Origin: Eledone cirrhosa
Lineage: Eukaryota
Assembly (NCBI GenBank): GCA_964016885.1
Contig: OZ024742.1
Location: forward strand, 248,000,001 to 248,064,000
Direction: 5' to 3'
Length of the DNA stretch: 64,000 nucleotides
Shown here: piece after piece, positions 40,106-53,674 of the stretch
How positions within the stretch are numbered: the first letter of the stretch is position 1
Layout: every line of letters starts with the position of its first letter
The notes under the pieces: model-generated
Told to the model about the DNA's origin: nothing
Seen by the model: the letters and a program-made list of their open reading frames with translations, nothing else
Database searches by the model: none
Position numbers and translations under genes: made by a program

Positions 40106-40499
40106 ACAGCACCATCGCTACAGTAATACGGTCACATCACCGCCACCACTGTCTCGGTATCGACATCACCACCACCACTGTCTCAGTATCGCTACCGCCG
40201 CCAGTCTCCCACTTCTTCTTTTAGCTGGCTGCTGCCACCACATTATAGAATCCCTACTGCTAAAAAAGAGGAAGGCATCAAAATATATAGATAGACTCAA
40301 AAGAAAAAAGAAAAAATAAACAACAAAAGCAGCACAGCAACAACAGTAAAAAACGAGAAAAACAGAGAAAAACAAAAACAAAAAAAGAAACCCCCAAAAC
40401 GTAAAGAAAATAAGAATGAAGAGAGAGGCAGGCGGACGGACAGAGAAGAGGGGGGAAAAAGTAAAACTTAAAAAACAAAAACTAAGTCAGACATTCGAA

Positions 40500-43400
40500 T
40501 ACTACATTACAATGAAACTTATGCTTATTCATTTTTGGGGCCCTTTCTGCCCGTGTGTTTGTTTGTTTATGTGTGTCCGTATACAGCGTGGTGATAATGC
40601 CACACAAGGGCCAAGTGGGATGGCGGATCCACAGATGGCTATGTAAACATACATTCGCCAATCCTCGATAAGAGTGTTTAAATATCGAACATAAACAGTT
40701 CGAATAACGGTGAAATGGAGACTAGAACGTCATGTGACAGACTCTCACCCAACAGGTGCCCCCTGGCTCAGCAGCAGGAACCTGACTGTCAACGAAATAC
40801 TGCTGATGTTGGAGGAAGAAGAAGAAGGAAAGGGGCCAGAACCAACTGGACGAAAGAATTGAATAGAACTGTTATGCAATGCTACCTGAAAAGTAACCCC
40901 AAGGAGAGGGGCTACAGGAGACGGATGCATAACATCTGGAACGAGATTGGTTTATTTAAATTAGATGAACAAAAATTGGCCGGGCAGGCTCGGGTAATAA
41001 GAACTAATGGGTGGATAAGCGAGCTGGAACTGGAGGAACTGAGCAGAGAGAATGGCTTGGAGATGGCGGGTGTAGTATGCCAGACAAGCGAGCCGGCGGG
41101 AAATGAAGGTGAGGAGGTCCTGAGAGCGGAGGAACCACCCGAAGCAGACAATGATCTGAATACTGAGATAAATAATACCTGGAACAGAGATACGGCCACT
41201 GAGGAGATGAATGCTGACGGGCTAGGACAAGATTCGGTTGACATCCTAAATTTAGTGGTAGATGAGTTGAACAATGATAGTGGGAGACCTATGAACCTAA
41301 GATTTGTAGACAGGAAAAAGTTAAAAGAAACAACAGCTAAGGTAAACAAAGTCATCCCATACCTTGAGGCGAGGAGTCTTCACCAGTGCAACAATATCCT
41401 CAAAGCAACAGCAAATACGGTGAGGAAACTACTTGGTATAAAAGCGAGAGGAAACAACAGACAAGAAAGAGCAGAGCCGTGGTGGAAGAAGCGACTGAGT
41501 GGGCAAATCGGGGAAATGAGAAATGACATAGGAAAGCTTGAGTCACTACTGAATGGGACACTAAAAAACATAGGCACTAAAAATAGACTGGAAATAAAAT
41601 ACAAAACTAGGAGTAAAAAGCTAAATATTATCATAGAGGAATTGAAGCAACGCATTGTAGCAAAGAGTGCCAAAATCAGGCGATACGAGAACAGAGTCAG
41701 TCAGTATAAACAGAACCGCATGTTCGACAACAACCAGAAGATGCTGTTTGGACAGCTTGAGGGGAAAGAAAGAGGCACCGACTTGATCCCTGGGGCGGAA
41801 CAAGCTAAAACATTCTGGAGAGGAATATGGGAGCAGGATGTTAGACACAATGCCCAGGCAGGGTGGATTGAGACAGTACAGAGGGAGATCGGTGAGCAGG
41901 CACAGCAACAGACTGATTTGAGTATCACAGTTGAAACTCTTAAGGGGCAAGCCAAAAAACTAACCAACTGGAAATCACCAGGCCCAGATGGTGTGCAGGG
42001 GTATTGGATTAAACATTTAACATCCCTCCACCCGAAGCTGACGGCCATGTTCAATGACTGCTTGGTGTCGGGTGAGGTGCCAGAGTGGTTGACAAAAGGT
42101 ACCACAGTTCTGATAATGAAAGACCGAATCAAGGGTAATGATGTTACCAACTATAGACCTATCACATGTCTGCCCGTAATGTGGAAACTGTTGACGAGCA
42201 TTGTGTCTGAGGAAATCTACCATCACCTCCACACAAACAACTTGTTGCCGGACGAACAGAAAGGATGCCGAAAGAAGTCACGTGGTACAAAGGACCAGTT
42301 GCTTATTGATAAGATGGTAATGGGGAATTGCAGGAGGAGACACACTGATCTTGCCATGGGATGGATAGACTACAGAAAGGCATTTGACATGGTGCCTCAT
42401 TCCTGGATCACCAAAAGCCTGGAGATCTTCAGGGTGGCAGATAACATCAGAGAGTTGCTGGGCAGGAGTATGGGGTCCTGGGAGACAGAGTTGACATCAA
42501 CTGGAGTATCCTTGGGAAGCGTGAAGATCAAGAGAGGTATCTTCCAGGGAGATAGCCTGTCCCCTCTGTTGTTTGTCCTTGCCCTGATGCCCTTGACCAT
42601 TATGCTGCGAAAAGTGAGAGCAGGATACAAGTTGGGAAGGGGAGAGCTTACCATCAATCACCTCCTCTTCATGGACGATCTTAAGCTCTTCGGGAAAAGT
42701 GAGAAGGAGTTGGATGTGCTTGTTGACACTGTCCGTATTTTCAGCAGTGATATATGTATGCAGTTTGGTATTGGTAAATGTGGAGTCATTGTGATGAGGA
42801 GGGGTAGGTTGAGCAGAAGTAACGGGATCCAGATACCAACAGGTGAGATGATAAAGGAAATTGACTCTGAGGAAGGATACAAGTATTTGGGCGTTCTGGA
42901 GGCTGATGGCATAAAGAACAAAAAAATGAAGGAATTGTTAAGAACTGAATACATTCGGAGAGTAAGGAGCGTATTGAAGTCACATCTGAACAGCAGAAAT
43001 GCCATAAGCGCAGTAAATTCCCGAGCTGTGTCTATTATTAGGTACAGTGCGGGAATTCTGAGATGGAATGTTGCTGAACAAAAAGAAATGGATAGGAAGA
43101 CTAGGAAGCTATTGACTATCTACAACATGTTCCACAAGAGGAGTGATGTCGATAGACTCTACCTAAGGAGATCTGAGGGTGGAAGAGGTCTTATCAGCAT
43201 AGAGGACTGTGTTCAGATGGAGAAAAACAACCTATACAAATACGTGACCTATAGTAAGGAGCCAATGCTCAGAGCTGTACTGAAGGAGGGGAGAGTAGGC
43301 CAGGGGATACCCAAGGAGGAAATAACATCAAGGAGGAAGAGCAGCCTTAAGGGAAAATCCCTTCATAGTACCTTCTTTGAGAAAACTGAATTTAGAGATC

Positions 43401-44183
43401 CACAGACATGGAACTGGTTGAGAAGAGGAGACCTCAAAAAGGCTACAGAAGGAATGCTAATGGCTGCGCAGGAGCAGGCCCTCAAAACGAAGTGGTTGAA
43501 GCACCATATCTACAAGGAGGAGGCTAGCCCACTGTGCAGGATCTGTGGAGAGAGAGAGGAGACTGTGGCTCACATTGTGTCCGAGTGTAAACACCTAGCC
43601 CAGACCCACTATAAGGGCTGGAGACACGATGTGATGGGCAGGGTGATCCACTGGCACCTGTGCAAAGTAAACAATCTACCACATTCTGAGAAATGGTATG
43701 AGCATAGGCCAGAGGCGGTGATGGAGAACAGTCAGGTGAAGGTGCTGTGGGATTTTAGGATACAGACGGACAAAAAACTGGAACACAATAGACCTGACCT
43801 GGTGGTTGTGGACAAAGAAAAAAGATCGTGCCTGATTGTGGATGTGGCCTGCCCGTTCGACACGAGAGTGCAAGAGAAGGAGAGGGAGAAAATTAACCGA
43901 TACCAGGACCTAAAGTGGGAGGTGAAAAGGATTTGGAACTGCCATGAAGTCAAAGTGATCCCGATTGTCATAGGCGCACTGGGGACTATCTCCAAAGGTT
44001 TCCAGGGATGGTTAAAGAAAATCGGCCCCTTCACGCTTTTTGGAACGCTTCAAAAGGCATGCTTGCTTGGAACGGCAAGAACCCTCCGATACGTCCTGAA
44101 TATCTGAGGCTGCAGGTAGTGGCTTGATATTCAATCCAACGGACTTTCCAGTTAACCAACATCAATGACTGAGATTCAAGGAA
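40500..44183 (+). mobile_element. Full-length R4/Dong-type non-LTR retrotransposon (family 1); 5' boundary approximate
   Basis: Single long ORF, ~75-nt 3'UTR ending gagattcaaggaa, then (AAT/AAC)n. Three near-identical truncated copies elsewhere in the window. Confidence 0.92.
40715..44107 (+). CDS. R4/Dong polyprotein: N-terminal domain, RT, CCHC zinc knuckle, restriction-like endonuclease
   Basis: 1130 aa intact. WTKELN..CY, WKSPGPDG, NYRPITCL, WIDYRKAFD, GIFQGDSLSP, HLLFMDDLKL, GGRGL, CRIC..ETVAHIVSEC, RHD, NRPDL..IVDVACP..EKINRY. Confidence 0.95.
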   Translation: METRTSCDRLSPNRCPLAQQQEPDCQRNTADVGGRRRRKGARTNWTKELNRTVMQCYLKSNPKERGYRRRMHNIWNEIGLFKLDEQKLAGQARVIRTNGWISELELEELSRENGLEMAGVVCQTSEPAGNEGEEVLRAEEPPEADNDLNTEINNTWNRDTATEEMNADGLGQDSVDILNLVVDELNNDSGRPMNLRFVDRKKLKETTAKVNKVIPYLEARSLHQCNNILKATANTVRKLLGIKARGNNRQERAEPWWKKRLSGQIGEMRNDIGKLESLLNGTLKNIGTKNRLEIKYKTRSKKLNIIIEELKQRIVAKSAKIRRYENRVSQYKQNRMFDNNQKMLFGQLEGKERGTDLIPGAEQAKTFWRGIWEQDVRHNAQAGWIETVQREIGEQAQQQTDLSITVETLKGQAKKLTNWKSPGPDGVQGYWIKHLTSLHPKLTAMFNDCLVSGEVPEWLTKGTTVLIMKDRIKGNDVTNYRPITCLPVMWKLLTSIVSEEIYHHLHTNNLLPDEQKGCRKKSRGTKDQLLIDKMVMGNCRRRHTDLAMGWIDYRKAFDMVPHSWITKSLEIFRVADNIRELLGRSMGSWETELTSTGVSLGSVKIKRGIFQGDSLSPLLFVLALMPLTIMLRKVRAGYKLGRGELTINHLLFMDDLKLFGKSEKELDVLVDTVRIFSSDICMQFGIGKCGVIVMRRGRLSRSNGIQIPTGEMIKEIDSEEGYKYLGVLEADGIKNKKMKELLRTEYIRRVRSVLKSHLNSRNAISAVNSRAVSIIRYSAGILRWNVAEQKEMDRKTRKLLTIYNMFHKRSDVDRLYLRRSEGGRGLISIEDCVQMEKNNLYKYVTYSKEPMLRAVLKEGRVGQGIPKEEITSRRKSSLKGKSLHSTFFEKTEFRDPQTWNWLRRGDLKKATEGMLMAAQEQALKTKWLKHHIYKEEASPLCRICGEREETVAHIVSECKHLAQTHYKGWRHDVMGRVIHWHLCKVNNLPHSEKWYEHRPEAVMENSQVKVLWDFRIQTDKKLEHNRPDLVVVDKEKRSCLIVDVACPFDTRVQEKEREKINRYQDLKWEVKRIWNCHEVKVIPIVIGALGTISKGFQGWLKKIGPFTLFGTLQKACLLGTARTLRYVLNI

Positions 44184-44244
44184 TAACAATAACAATAATA
44201 ATAATAATAATAATGATAATAACAACAACAACAACAAGAACAAG

Positions 44245-44304
<60 letters not shown>

Positions 44305-44335
44305 AATAATAATAATAATAATAATAGTAATAATA
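44184..44335. repeat. (AAT)n/(AAC)n microsatellite at the Dong 3' junction
   Basis: Direct reading. Confidence 0.95.
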
Positions 44336-45124
44336 CTTTTTCTCTCCCATCAGAGAGTGAGAGAGCGAGTAAGAAACATATTTTACGAGTAGCAAGAATT
44401 GGTTAAATCGATAGAATCGATATAAATACTTGAATGTTCCTTTTTTTTAAATGTCGAAGGTAAAAACAACATGAAACCTACTGCTGCCTTCTTCAAGGAC
44501 GAAATGTTTCGACGTCTCAGCAATACCATCTCGTTGGCTTATTTTTTCCACACTCGAGCCCCCATACACACGGCAGTTAACAAAGTAAATAACTGCTTAC
44601 CATTTATTGTGCAAATGCCTGATATCTTTATCCTCATTCATCAACTAACAATTTTGTAATACTTAGAACTACATAACCACCTACATACTTTCGGCCACCA
44701 CACCGATTTTGCGGCAATTTGTTGCCCGGCACCATTTCTTTTTTATCGAGACAAAATTGCCCATGGTATGCCAGATAATCTGATTCACGTTAGCATGTTT
44801 CCGCGTGTCATTAGATTTACATTTATCATAGCTATGAATTATTAGTTTTCTATTTTATTTTCGTACACACTCACTCTCTCGTCCGCTCTTCTCTTCTCCC
44901 TTCTTATACTTGCTGCTCTTGCTGTTACTTCCGCCGCCCCAAAGCTTTTTCTGTCATTTTGCTGTCATTTCTAGTGTTTGCTTGGTACCTATAATAGTAA
45001 AAGTGACTATTCGCTCACACATGTCCCTTAAACGAGAGGAAACGGAGGGTAAAACAAAGACTCTTATGTATGCTGTATGCATACGTATGTAATATCTGAC
45101 TGATAAAATGACAAGTCAGTCAAT

Positions 45125-45228
45125 GATATTGGTTGGCTCCCCACAGCCCCTGCGGACAGAATGGAGAAGGCATTTCCCCGAAGGACGGCAAGGGAGACGC
45201 GCTGGAAAAGCCATTCCAGCTCGCGAGG
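45125..45228 (-). mobile_element. Short 3' fragment of the CRE-type family
   Basis: Reverse complement aligns to about 11360-11465 (ttttccagc..tctcccttgccgtcct.cggggaaa.gccttctccattctgtccgc). Confidence 0.8.
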
Positions 45229-46484
45229 CTAGCAACTTTGCTGTTTACGGACCTCTGTCATTGGCTGTATTTGGCTGCTCTAATAGTTATGCATGCGGTG
45301 AGTTTTCTATTTTACTTTTCTATGAATTTTTATTTTAAATATTTGCGCATTCCTTTTGTAGGCTGCAAAATGGCGAAATAGAACGATTTCTGTCATTCGT
45401 TCTGGCTAGCTGTCCTCAAAGTACAAATACTTCCGAGGTCAACTGTGCTTTTCATCCTTCGATAGCTATACAAGAAGTTCCAGACGAGTACTAATGTCGA
45501 TTCCTCCTCTATACCTTCTTCTCACACCTTCTCGCTCTTATTGTCTTTCTCTCACACACTCCCTCCCACTATCACTCGCTCTCTCTTTCATTTGCACTCA
45601 GTTTCATTGAATGAACTCGAATCTGTCCAGACCTGGGGAGGGATGTGTGGGCAACCAGGTTTAAAATGCCCTAAACAAGCTGTCTGTCATGGCGGCATCC
45701 CTTCAATCATCACGGATGAGGGGTAGGGAGAGTGTTTGGCAATTCCGAATACGCTTCTGGAAACGAAACAGATAATCATGCTCAGTCTGGACGAAGACTG
45801 GCAGAAAATCTATTTTGTAGATGTATAAATTTTGTTCTTTCTTACATAGATGCAGAGCATGCACAACGATTTTATTATGTCTTTTCCAGAGAGTATATTT
45901 GATTTCATAATTTAATATTTGATTTCATAATTTAATTCTAGAGAATTATTGTAAAGCAGGCGTCTTCAACCAAGGTGCCGATATATTGGTTTGCACCTAA
46001 TAACTATTACTTCTAGATGCCAACGCAAGGAACTCTGTCTTATGTCACTTCATAACATACTGAGATAGCAATAATTTTGTTTTCCATTTTGCACGTAAAT
46101 TATATTTATTCAACGCAAAGAAGAGAGAACCTCAGCATGGTTTAAAGTCAGATGTGAGCCTGATCAAAACTCTATATCCCACATGTTACAAAAGTAAAGA
46201 AGCTGCCGAGGCAAAACATCAGAGATAAAGAGCAATAAATTGAATGGGGAATGAACCGGTGTAATGATTTCAAGAAAATAAAAAATTCTTCGGATCAAAA
46301 CTGAAAATTTCGATCGGAAAATAACAACACCGACAACAACAATAACAAAAATTGTAAACCAATAATTTATAGTTGATCAACCTCTTCCAATTGTCAGAGG
46401 TTGCGTCGTTAGGGAATACAAGATGTGGTACTAAATCAAGTCATATTGGTGATGCGAAATACGGTGTGGAGAAATGAGAGTGTG

Positions 46485-46498
46485 AGAGAGAGGGAGGT

Positions 46499-46597
<99 letters not shown>

Positions 46598-46670
46598 GAG
46601 GAATAGAGAGAGAGGGGGGGGGGAGAGAGAGAGAGAGGGAGAGAGAGAGAGAGAGAGAAAGAGTGAGAGA
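46485..46670. repeat. (GA)n microsatellite
   Basis: Direct reading. Confidence 0.95.
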
Positions 46671-47149
46671 CCAACATACAGACGGACGGTGGCTGAGAGA
46701 TGAAGATGCTAATAATTCTAGCAGAAATTGAATCAATGAGACTATGCAGAAGGAATACAGAACCACTTCAAATATCGTAAAAATGGAAATTTCCAAGACA
46801 ATACAAAATTCCAATCTTTTGACTTAACTCTCTTCCATCAAGCATTTCTTTCTTTCAAGAAATTCCTCAAAACCTCTGAGTGACATTGTGAACGACCTGG
46901 GCAGTAAAATATATTTGTATAACAGAGACAATTTCTGACTTCATTCTGCCAACAAACTTCAGCACAAGAAGGAAACGTTAATGGCTACATAAGAACCTGC
47001 CTAAGCTAAAACGCTTCTACACAAGAAGTGTAGATTGGTTGAAGAGCCTGGCTATATATATGAATGAAAATAGAACAAGAAACGGGACTGTCCATCATCA
47101 GTAGTCTGCTGATTATCATTGGTATTTCTGCGCATTAAAGACTATATAT

Positions 47150-47324
47150 ATCAGATTGGAGCAAACATCACGTGCGCTCTATCTCAAAATTATTTTTGAA
47201 AAGCATTAGAAATGCGCAACCGGTAAAAACTTAAAACCAAAACTGAATACTAACCAATACTTATTACTAATTAAACTATTTTTCACTGGGAACAATTTGT
47301 CAGCATTTTCTTTTCCTTTTACCA

Positions 47325-47325
<1 letters not shown>
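47150..47325 (+). mobile_element. pLTR-like repeat with variant hammerhead (47190-47230), ending in (TA)n
   Basis: Diverged copy of 52492-52690. Upstream 47020-47090 weakly resembles a GIY-YIG C-terminus (RLVE/SLAIYMNE). Confidence 0.7.
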
Positions 47326-47410
<85 letters not shown>

Positions 47411-47886
47411 ATAATAATATATTTGAAGACTAAAATCCAAAGAGGGGTCGATAAGGATAAATATATATCAATACCGGCACCAGAGTTAAGAATAATGTAA
47501 ATAAATTACAGAGGTAATTGAAATCAACAAAAAATTAAATATATCCATGCACACATCCATTACGTACATACATATGCATATGCGAAAACACCCGCCATTG
47601 GTATGCAAATACAAGCACGTACACAAAAAAAACACGCATGGACATACTGAACCCGCGCAAAGCCTGTACCCGCACACATACGAACGTATACACCAAATAC
47701 ACATACATATATATAAAAAAAAAATATATATATATATGTGTGTGTGTGTGCGTGTATACATACAATTATATAAACGTATATAAATATACACACATAAATA
47801 CGTATATAATCCGCGCGCACACATACCTAGATATAAATACACATATGTTCGCTATATATATATATATATATATATACAATATATTA

Positions 47887-48070
47887 ATTGTTTCTACTAT
47901 TGGCACAAGGCCAGAAATTACCCAGTACATTACTGGTACTTTATTTTATCGACCCCGTAAGGATGAAAGGCAAAGTTAACCTCGGCGAGATTTGAACTCA
48001 GAATAGCAAGGGCCGTAACTCTATGCATCAAAGCATGGCGTCCGACCCTCTACCGATACTGCCAATCCAC
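47887..48070 (-). mobile_element. SINE family A, near full length
   Basis: Collinear with 38891-39077. Confidence 0.9.
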
Positions 48071-48104
48071 TAATAAATGGAAACTATATTTATAAAACCA
48101 TATT

Positions 48105-48170
48105 TATTTTATTATACATATTTCAAGGGCCATCAAGGCAAATTATGGTGCGCTTTCATCAGATAAAATA
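48105..48170 (-). ncRNA. Degenerate minimal hammerhead candidate
   Basis: - strand TTTTAT-CTGATGA-AAG..CCAT...ATGG..CTT-GAAA-TATG-TA-TAATAAAA. Same layout as 31823-31892. Confidence 0.5.
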
Positions 48171-49269
48171 CAGATTTGTTTTATAAATAAATATTGACAT
48201 ACCCGGAAAAAAAGACAACCTTAACGGATGGAGCTTCCTGGATAGTATATATATACAAATACCCATCTATGTTTTCTATCCCATTTTCAACTCCTTGTTT
48301 CAACGGACTACTATTGCGGTTAGTTTAATTTTCATGGAAGCGTGGCGTTTTTCCTGTTGCCGCCGTCGCCGTGGTGGGGTCATCGCTGGTCTTGTTGTTG
48401 TTATTGGTGTTACCAATGGCTTAATACTGACATAGTTGATACCACCACTACTGCGACGAACGGGATGGGTGATGGGCGGTGTTGTTGTTTGTTGGTGTTT
48501 GTTGCTGTGATTGATACCACCAACTCTGTGTACCCACCTACCTCTAAACTTCTTTTTATTGCTTTGGCGTTATCGCTGTTTACGGTCAACAGGGTGGTAC
48601 CGCCACTGCGACGACGCTGGTCTGTTATTTGCTGTTGTTGTTGTTTGTTGCTGTTGCCGTTGTAAGCGTTTTTACTGTAGCTGTTGTTTTAGTTGTTGTA
48701 AATAGGGTTGGTATCATCTCGACTATTACGACCAGTGTGGATAACTTTGGTCGGCGGTTTGATGTTATTGTCATTGTTGTTGTCGTAGTTGTCGTTGTCG
48801 TTGTTGTTGTTGTCTATAGGTGGTCGTCAACTAAATGCATACCCCTCCGCGCCTCAGAGCTCCTTGTGTTTCTTCAACTGTCTACTGGGTTTTGGTCACA
48901 CACGGTTCTTCGTTCTTTTCGTCTTTTTTCGTTGATAGCTTTTTCTAACAAACGCGACAGCTGACAAACCTTTCAAGGAAATCATATGTATGGTGGGCGC
49001 ACAGGCATTAGGATGTGTTTTCTTGCCAGCGGCATATCAAATATATCGATCTTCATCTGAGGAAACCGTTCTCATAATCAACAGCAAATGAATGAAGGAC
49101 ATCTCGATTGCATGGAGAACCGTAGACATAATTATTATGTTTAAACGATAAATGTAACCTCAGCATCTTATTTTATTATTTTTATAAAATTCTCCATCGT
49201 AACTAAAACAACGATTGTTGAGAGCTTTCTCCTGCTTACTCCTGTTTTTATCAAAACAACCATTTCCGA

Positions 49270-49332
<63 letters not shown>

Positions 49333-49418
49333 AGTGTGTATGTATATTCATATGTATATGTATTTATATATGCACACACAAAATTACACCCGCACTCTCT
49401 CACACACGCACACACATG

Positions 49419-49462
<44 letters not shown>

Positions 49463-49649
49463 TATATATATATTTGTGCACCAAATATCACACAGTGTGG
49501 CCGGAAGTACCACACAGTTGGAGAAAATCTGAAACCATGTGGTTGGGAAGATGAATCTTTAAAAATACCTGCCTGCAGACTGTATGGATGTTAATATCAT
49601 GCTCTGCTAAAAGTAAAAACGGAGAAAGAGTTAGAAATATACAAATAAT

Positions 49650-49839
49650 TGTTTCTACTTTTGGCACAAAGCCAGCAATTACCCAGTGCATTACTGGTAC
49701 TTTATTTTATCGACCTCGTAAGGATGAAAGGCAAAGTTAACCTTGCCTCGATTTGAACTCAGAATGGAAAGGGCCGTAACTCTATTCGCCAAAGCATGGC
49801 GTCCGACCCTCTACCAATACTGCCAATCCTCCGTCCTTA
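49650..49839 (-). mobile_element. Full-length SINE family A with TSD
   Basis: 15-bp TSD aaatatacaaataat at 49635-49 and 49840-54. Confidence 0.92.
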
Positions 49840-50279
49840 AAATATACAAATAATAGAAAGTGTTTTTGATGGATACATTTTACTTGATGTAATCCTGACT
49901 GAAATTGTGTCAGTAGATTTTATAGAAACGATACGTTGTTGTGGTAGCACGCTTGCAGGAAACACACATTACAGTTCTCAGCACCATCAACAATCAAAGA
50001 CTATCAGCAATCAAACAACGACTTCATCAATGATCCCAAAATTATATTATCAACACACTAACTATACAACGTTATACGCGGCACGAAATCAAAGAGGCAA
50101 AATAGTATATTATTAAATTTATTTCATTTAATCTAATTTTACTTTTGGATATTTGCATTCAATTCTCCTCTCCAATCAATCTTAGCTTCTTTCGGTCAAT
50201 TTTCGAATATGTTTACAATTATTTCTTTTACAGTTTTTATCTATTTTTTAGTCAGGTTTTTATTTTCACATTATCTCTC

Positions 50280-50282
<3 letters not shown>

Positions 50283-50311
<29 letters not shown>

Positions 50312-50770
50312 TGTATGTATGTATGTATGTTTTTGTGTATGTATGTATGTGTGAATTTATGTATATACGTATGTATGTATGTATGTTTTTGTGTATTTAT
50401 GTATGTATGTATGTATGTTTTTGTGTATGTATGTATGTGTGAATGTATGTATATATGTATGTATGTATGTATGTATGTTAGTGTGTATGTATGTATGTAT
50501 GTGTGAATGTATGTATATATGTAAGTATGTATGATTGTATGTATGCATGTTTGTATGCATGTTTGTATTTATGTATGTATGCATGTATGTGTGTGTGGTT
50601 GTATGTATGAATGTATGTATATGTGTATGTATGTGTGTATATGCATGTATGTATGTGTGTGTGTATGTTTGTATGTATGTATATTTGTTTGTAAGTATGT
50701 ATGTATGCATGCATGAATGTATGTATGTATTTATTTATGTATCTATGCAATCGTGTATGTATGTATGAAC
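50283..50770. repeat. Degenerate (ATGT)n tetranucleotide array
   Basis: Direct reading. Confidence 0.9.
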
Positions 50771-50928
50771 ATATGAATGTATATATATATATATATGAGT
50801 GTGTGTGAGAGAGAGAGAGAGAGGGAGAGAGATAGAAAAAGAGAGAGAAAGGGAGAGAGTGAGAAAAAGAGAGACAGTGGGAGAGAGAGAGAATGAGTGA
50901 AAGTGACATATGTACAGTGGCAGACATG

Positions 50929-50995
<67 letters not shown>

Positions 50996-51638
50996 GTGTG
51001 CTGGGGGTGTTTTCATTGATGTAGTTCATTTCACTGCCCCGATCTCACTCATCAGAAATAAATCATATCACCCTACGCCTCCCAACAAATTATATTATTA
51101 AGAAACAATTTCTTGCAATTAAAACACAATAAAATATAAAAAGAAAACATAGATTGAAATCTAGAACAACAATAACAACAGCAGTAACAGGGGTAATAAC
51201 GGCAGTAACATTAATAAACACAATAATAGCAACAGCAACAATATTAATAACAAACACAACAGTTATAATAACAATATGAGCAGCAACATCATTAATAACA
51301 ATAACATCAGTATCAGCAGTCATAACAATGACAAGGACACCAATATCATTAGTAACAGCATTGACAACTATGACAACATAACAACAACGAGAACAAAATA
51401 AAAATAATGGTATCAACGGCAAGAAAAATAACACCAGCAAAAATAAAAAAAAATAATAGCAACGAAAAAAGAAATAGCTAAAAAAAAAAAATAGAACACA
51501 TGAAAAAAATGGAAGAATTACAAAATTACAATATCAAAAAATATAACCCAGCGAGTTCAATCAATAGGCTAGAAGATCAATACATCGCTTCGCACTTTGG
51601 TACTATTTCCTAACTCATTTGGCAATCATGAACATAAC

Positions 51639-51692
<54 letters not shown>

Positions 51693-51893
51693 GGAGAGAG
51701 AGCCATAGGGGTGTTTGCGTGCGTGTGTACGTATGTAAGATATTGCTGGGATAACAGTTTTATTTTTCTGCAATAGAATATATCTACAGAATCTTGCCAA
51801 ACCTAACACTGTATATATATAAACACACCGTCTGTACATAACTTCCATTTATATATATTTCTATTTGTGTGTATGTGTGTATATCTGTGCTTG

Positions 51894-51950
<57 letters not shown>

Positions 51951-52160
51951 GGCAAATAATATATGTTTTCATTGCTTCTTAGAGTTTCATGATGGTATCT
52001 GATTGTCATTCTGATAAAGAGATTTTATCTCGGAATATAAGGACTTATAAAGATCATTGTTATCACACATGAGATTGGCCGTCCAATTCGCATTGTGTTT
52101 TTCAATCAAAACACTATATTCTACAATTTACACAATGCATCAATCAACATACAAATGCTG

Positions 52161-52690
<530 letters not shown>

Positions 52691-52725
52691 TATATAATAA
52701 CTTGTGTGTTACACCTCTATTCTTT

Positions 52726-52775
<50 letters not shown>

Positions 52776-52847
52776 TGCATCACATACATACGCGTACACG
52801 CACATACACAGACAAATATACATACACACAGACACACACACAAACAT

Positions 52848-52920
<73 letters not shown>

Positions 52921-53116
52921 TATATATATATGTGTGTGTGTGTGCATGTTTGTGTGTGTGTCTGTGTGTATGTGCGTGTACGCGTATGTATGTGATGATT
53001 TCATACGATTGAAACGTTACTAGTTCTGTAGAAATTCTTTTGGTATAAAATGACCCCCACCACACACGCATACGCGCACAATTATATATATATATTTGCG
53101 TGTGTGTGTGTGTGTT

Positions 53117-53257
<141 letters not shown>

Positions 53258-53641
53258 GTGTGTATATATATTTGAATTATATTTTTCAAAACAGAAAAAT
53301 CCGTATTAATGTATTCCTCTACTGATGAGAAAACTAACCTGGATTAATGTACTGTTTGTGTTCACTCAGAAAGATCAATTGTTCTTGTAAAAAAAAAAAA
53401 AAAATTAATATCGATTTTTATCTAATGAGCTTGGAATTTTGTTTGATCTTAGTGAATTGCCCCCTCCTTCGCATCTACATTACCCAACTCCCCTTCGATT
53501 CAAATCCAATACTTTCAAAATATTAACTTCTCTACCTTGTACTCTGTGATACTGAGTTCGTATTAAATATCACGTGGTACACAGTACATGGTAGATATTA
53601 CGATGTACTTAGTGTGTGTTACACACTGGTATATGTACATT

Positions 53642-53674
<33 letters not shown>

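Noticed and set aside
40745-44034. Antisense ORFs over the Dong ORF (also over Tx1 and the other Dong copies)
   Set aside because: Shadow ORFs of the TE coding strand. They recur only because the element is repeated.
51020-51060. CTGATGA...GAAA on the - strand (similar cases at 53323 +, 23712-23742 -, 44495-44525 -, 49057 +)
   Set aside because: Stems I-III cannot be formed convincingly or GAAA is missing. Consistent with chance or very old decay.
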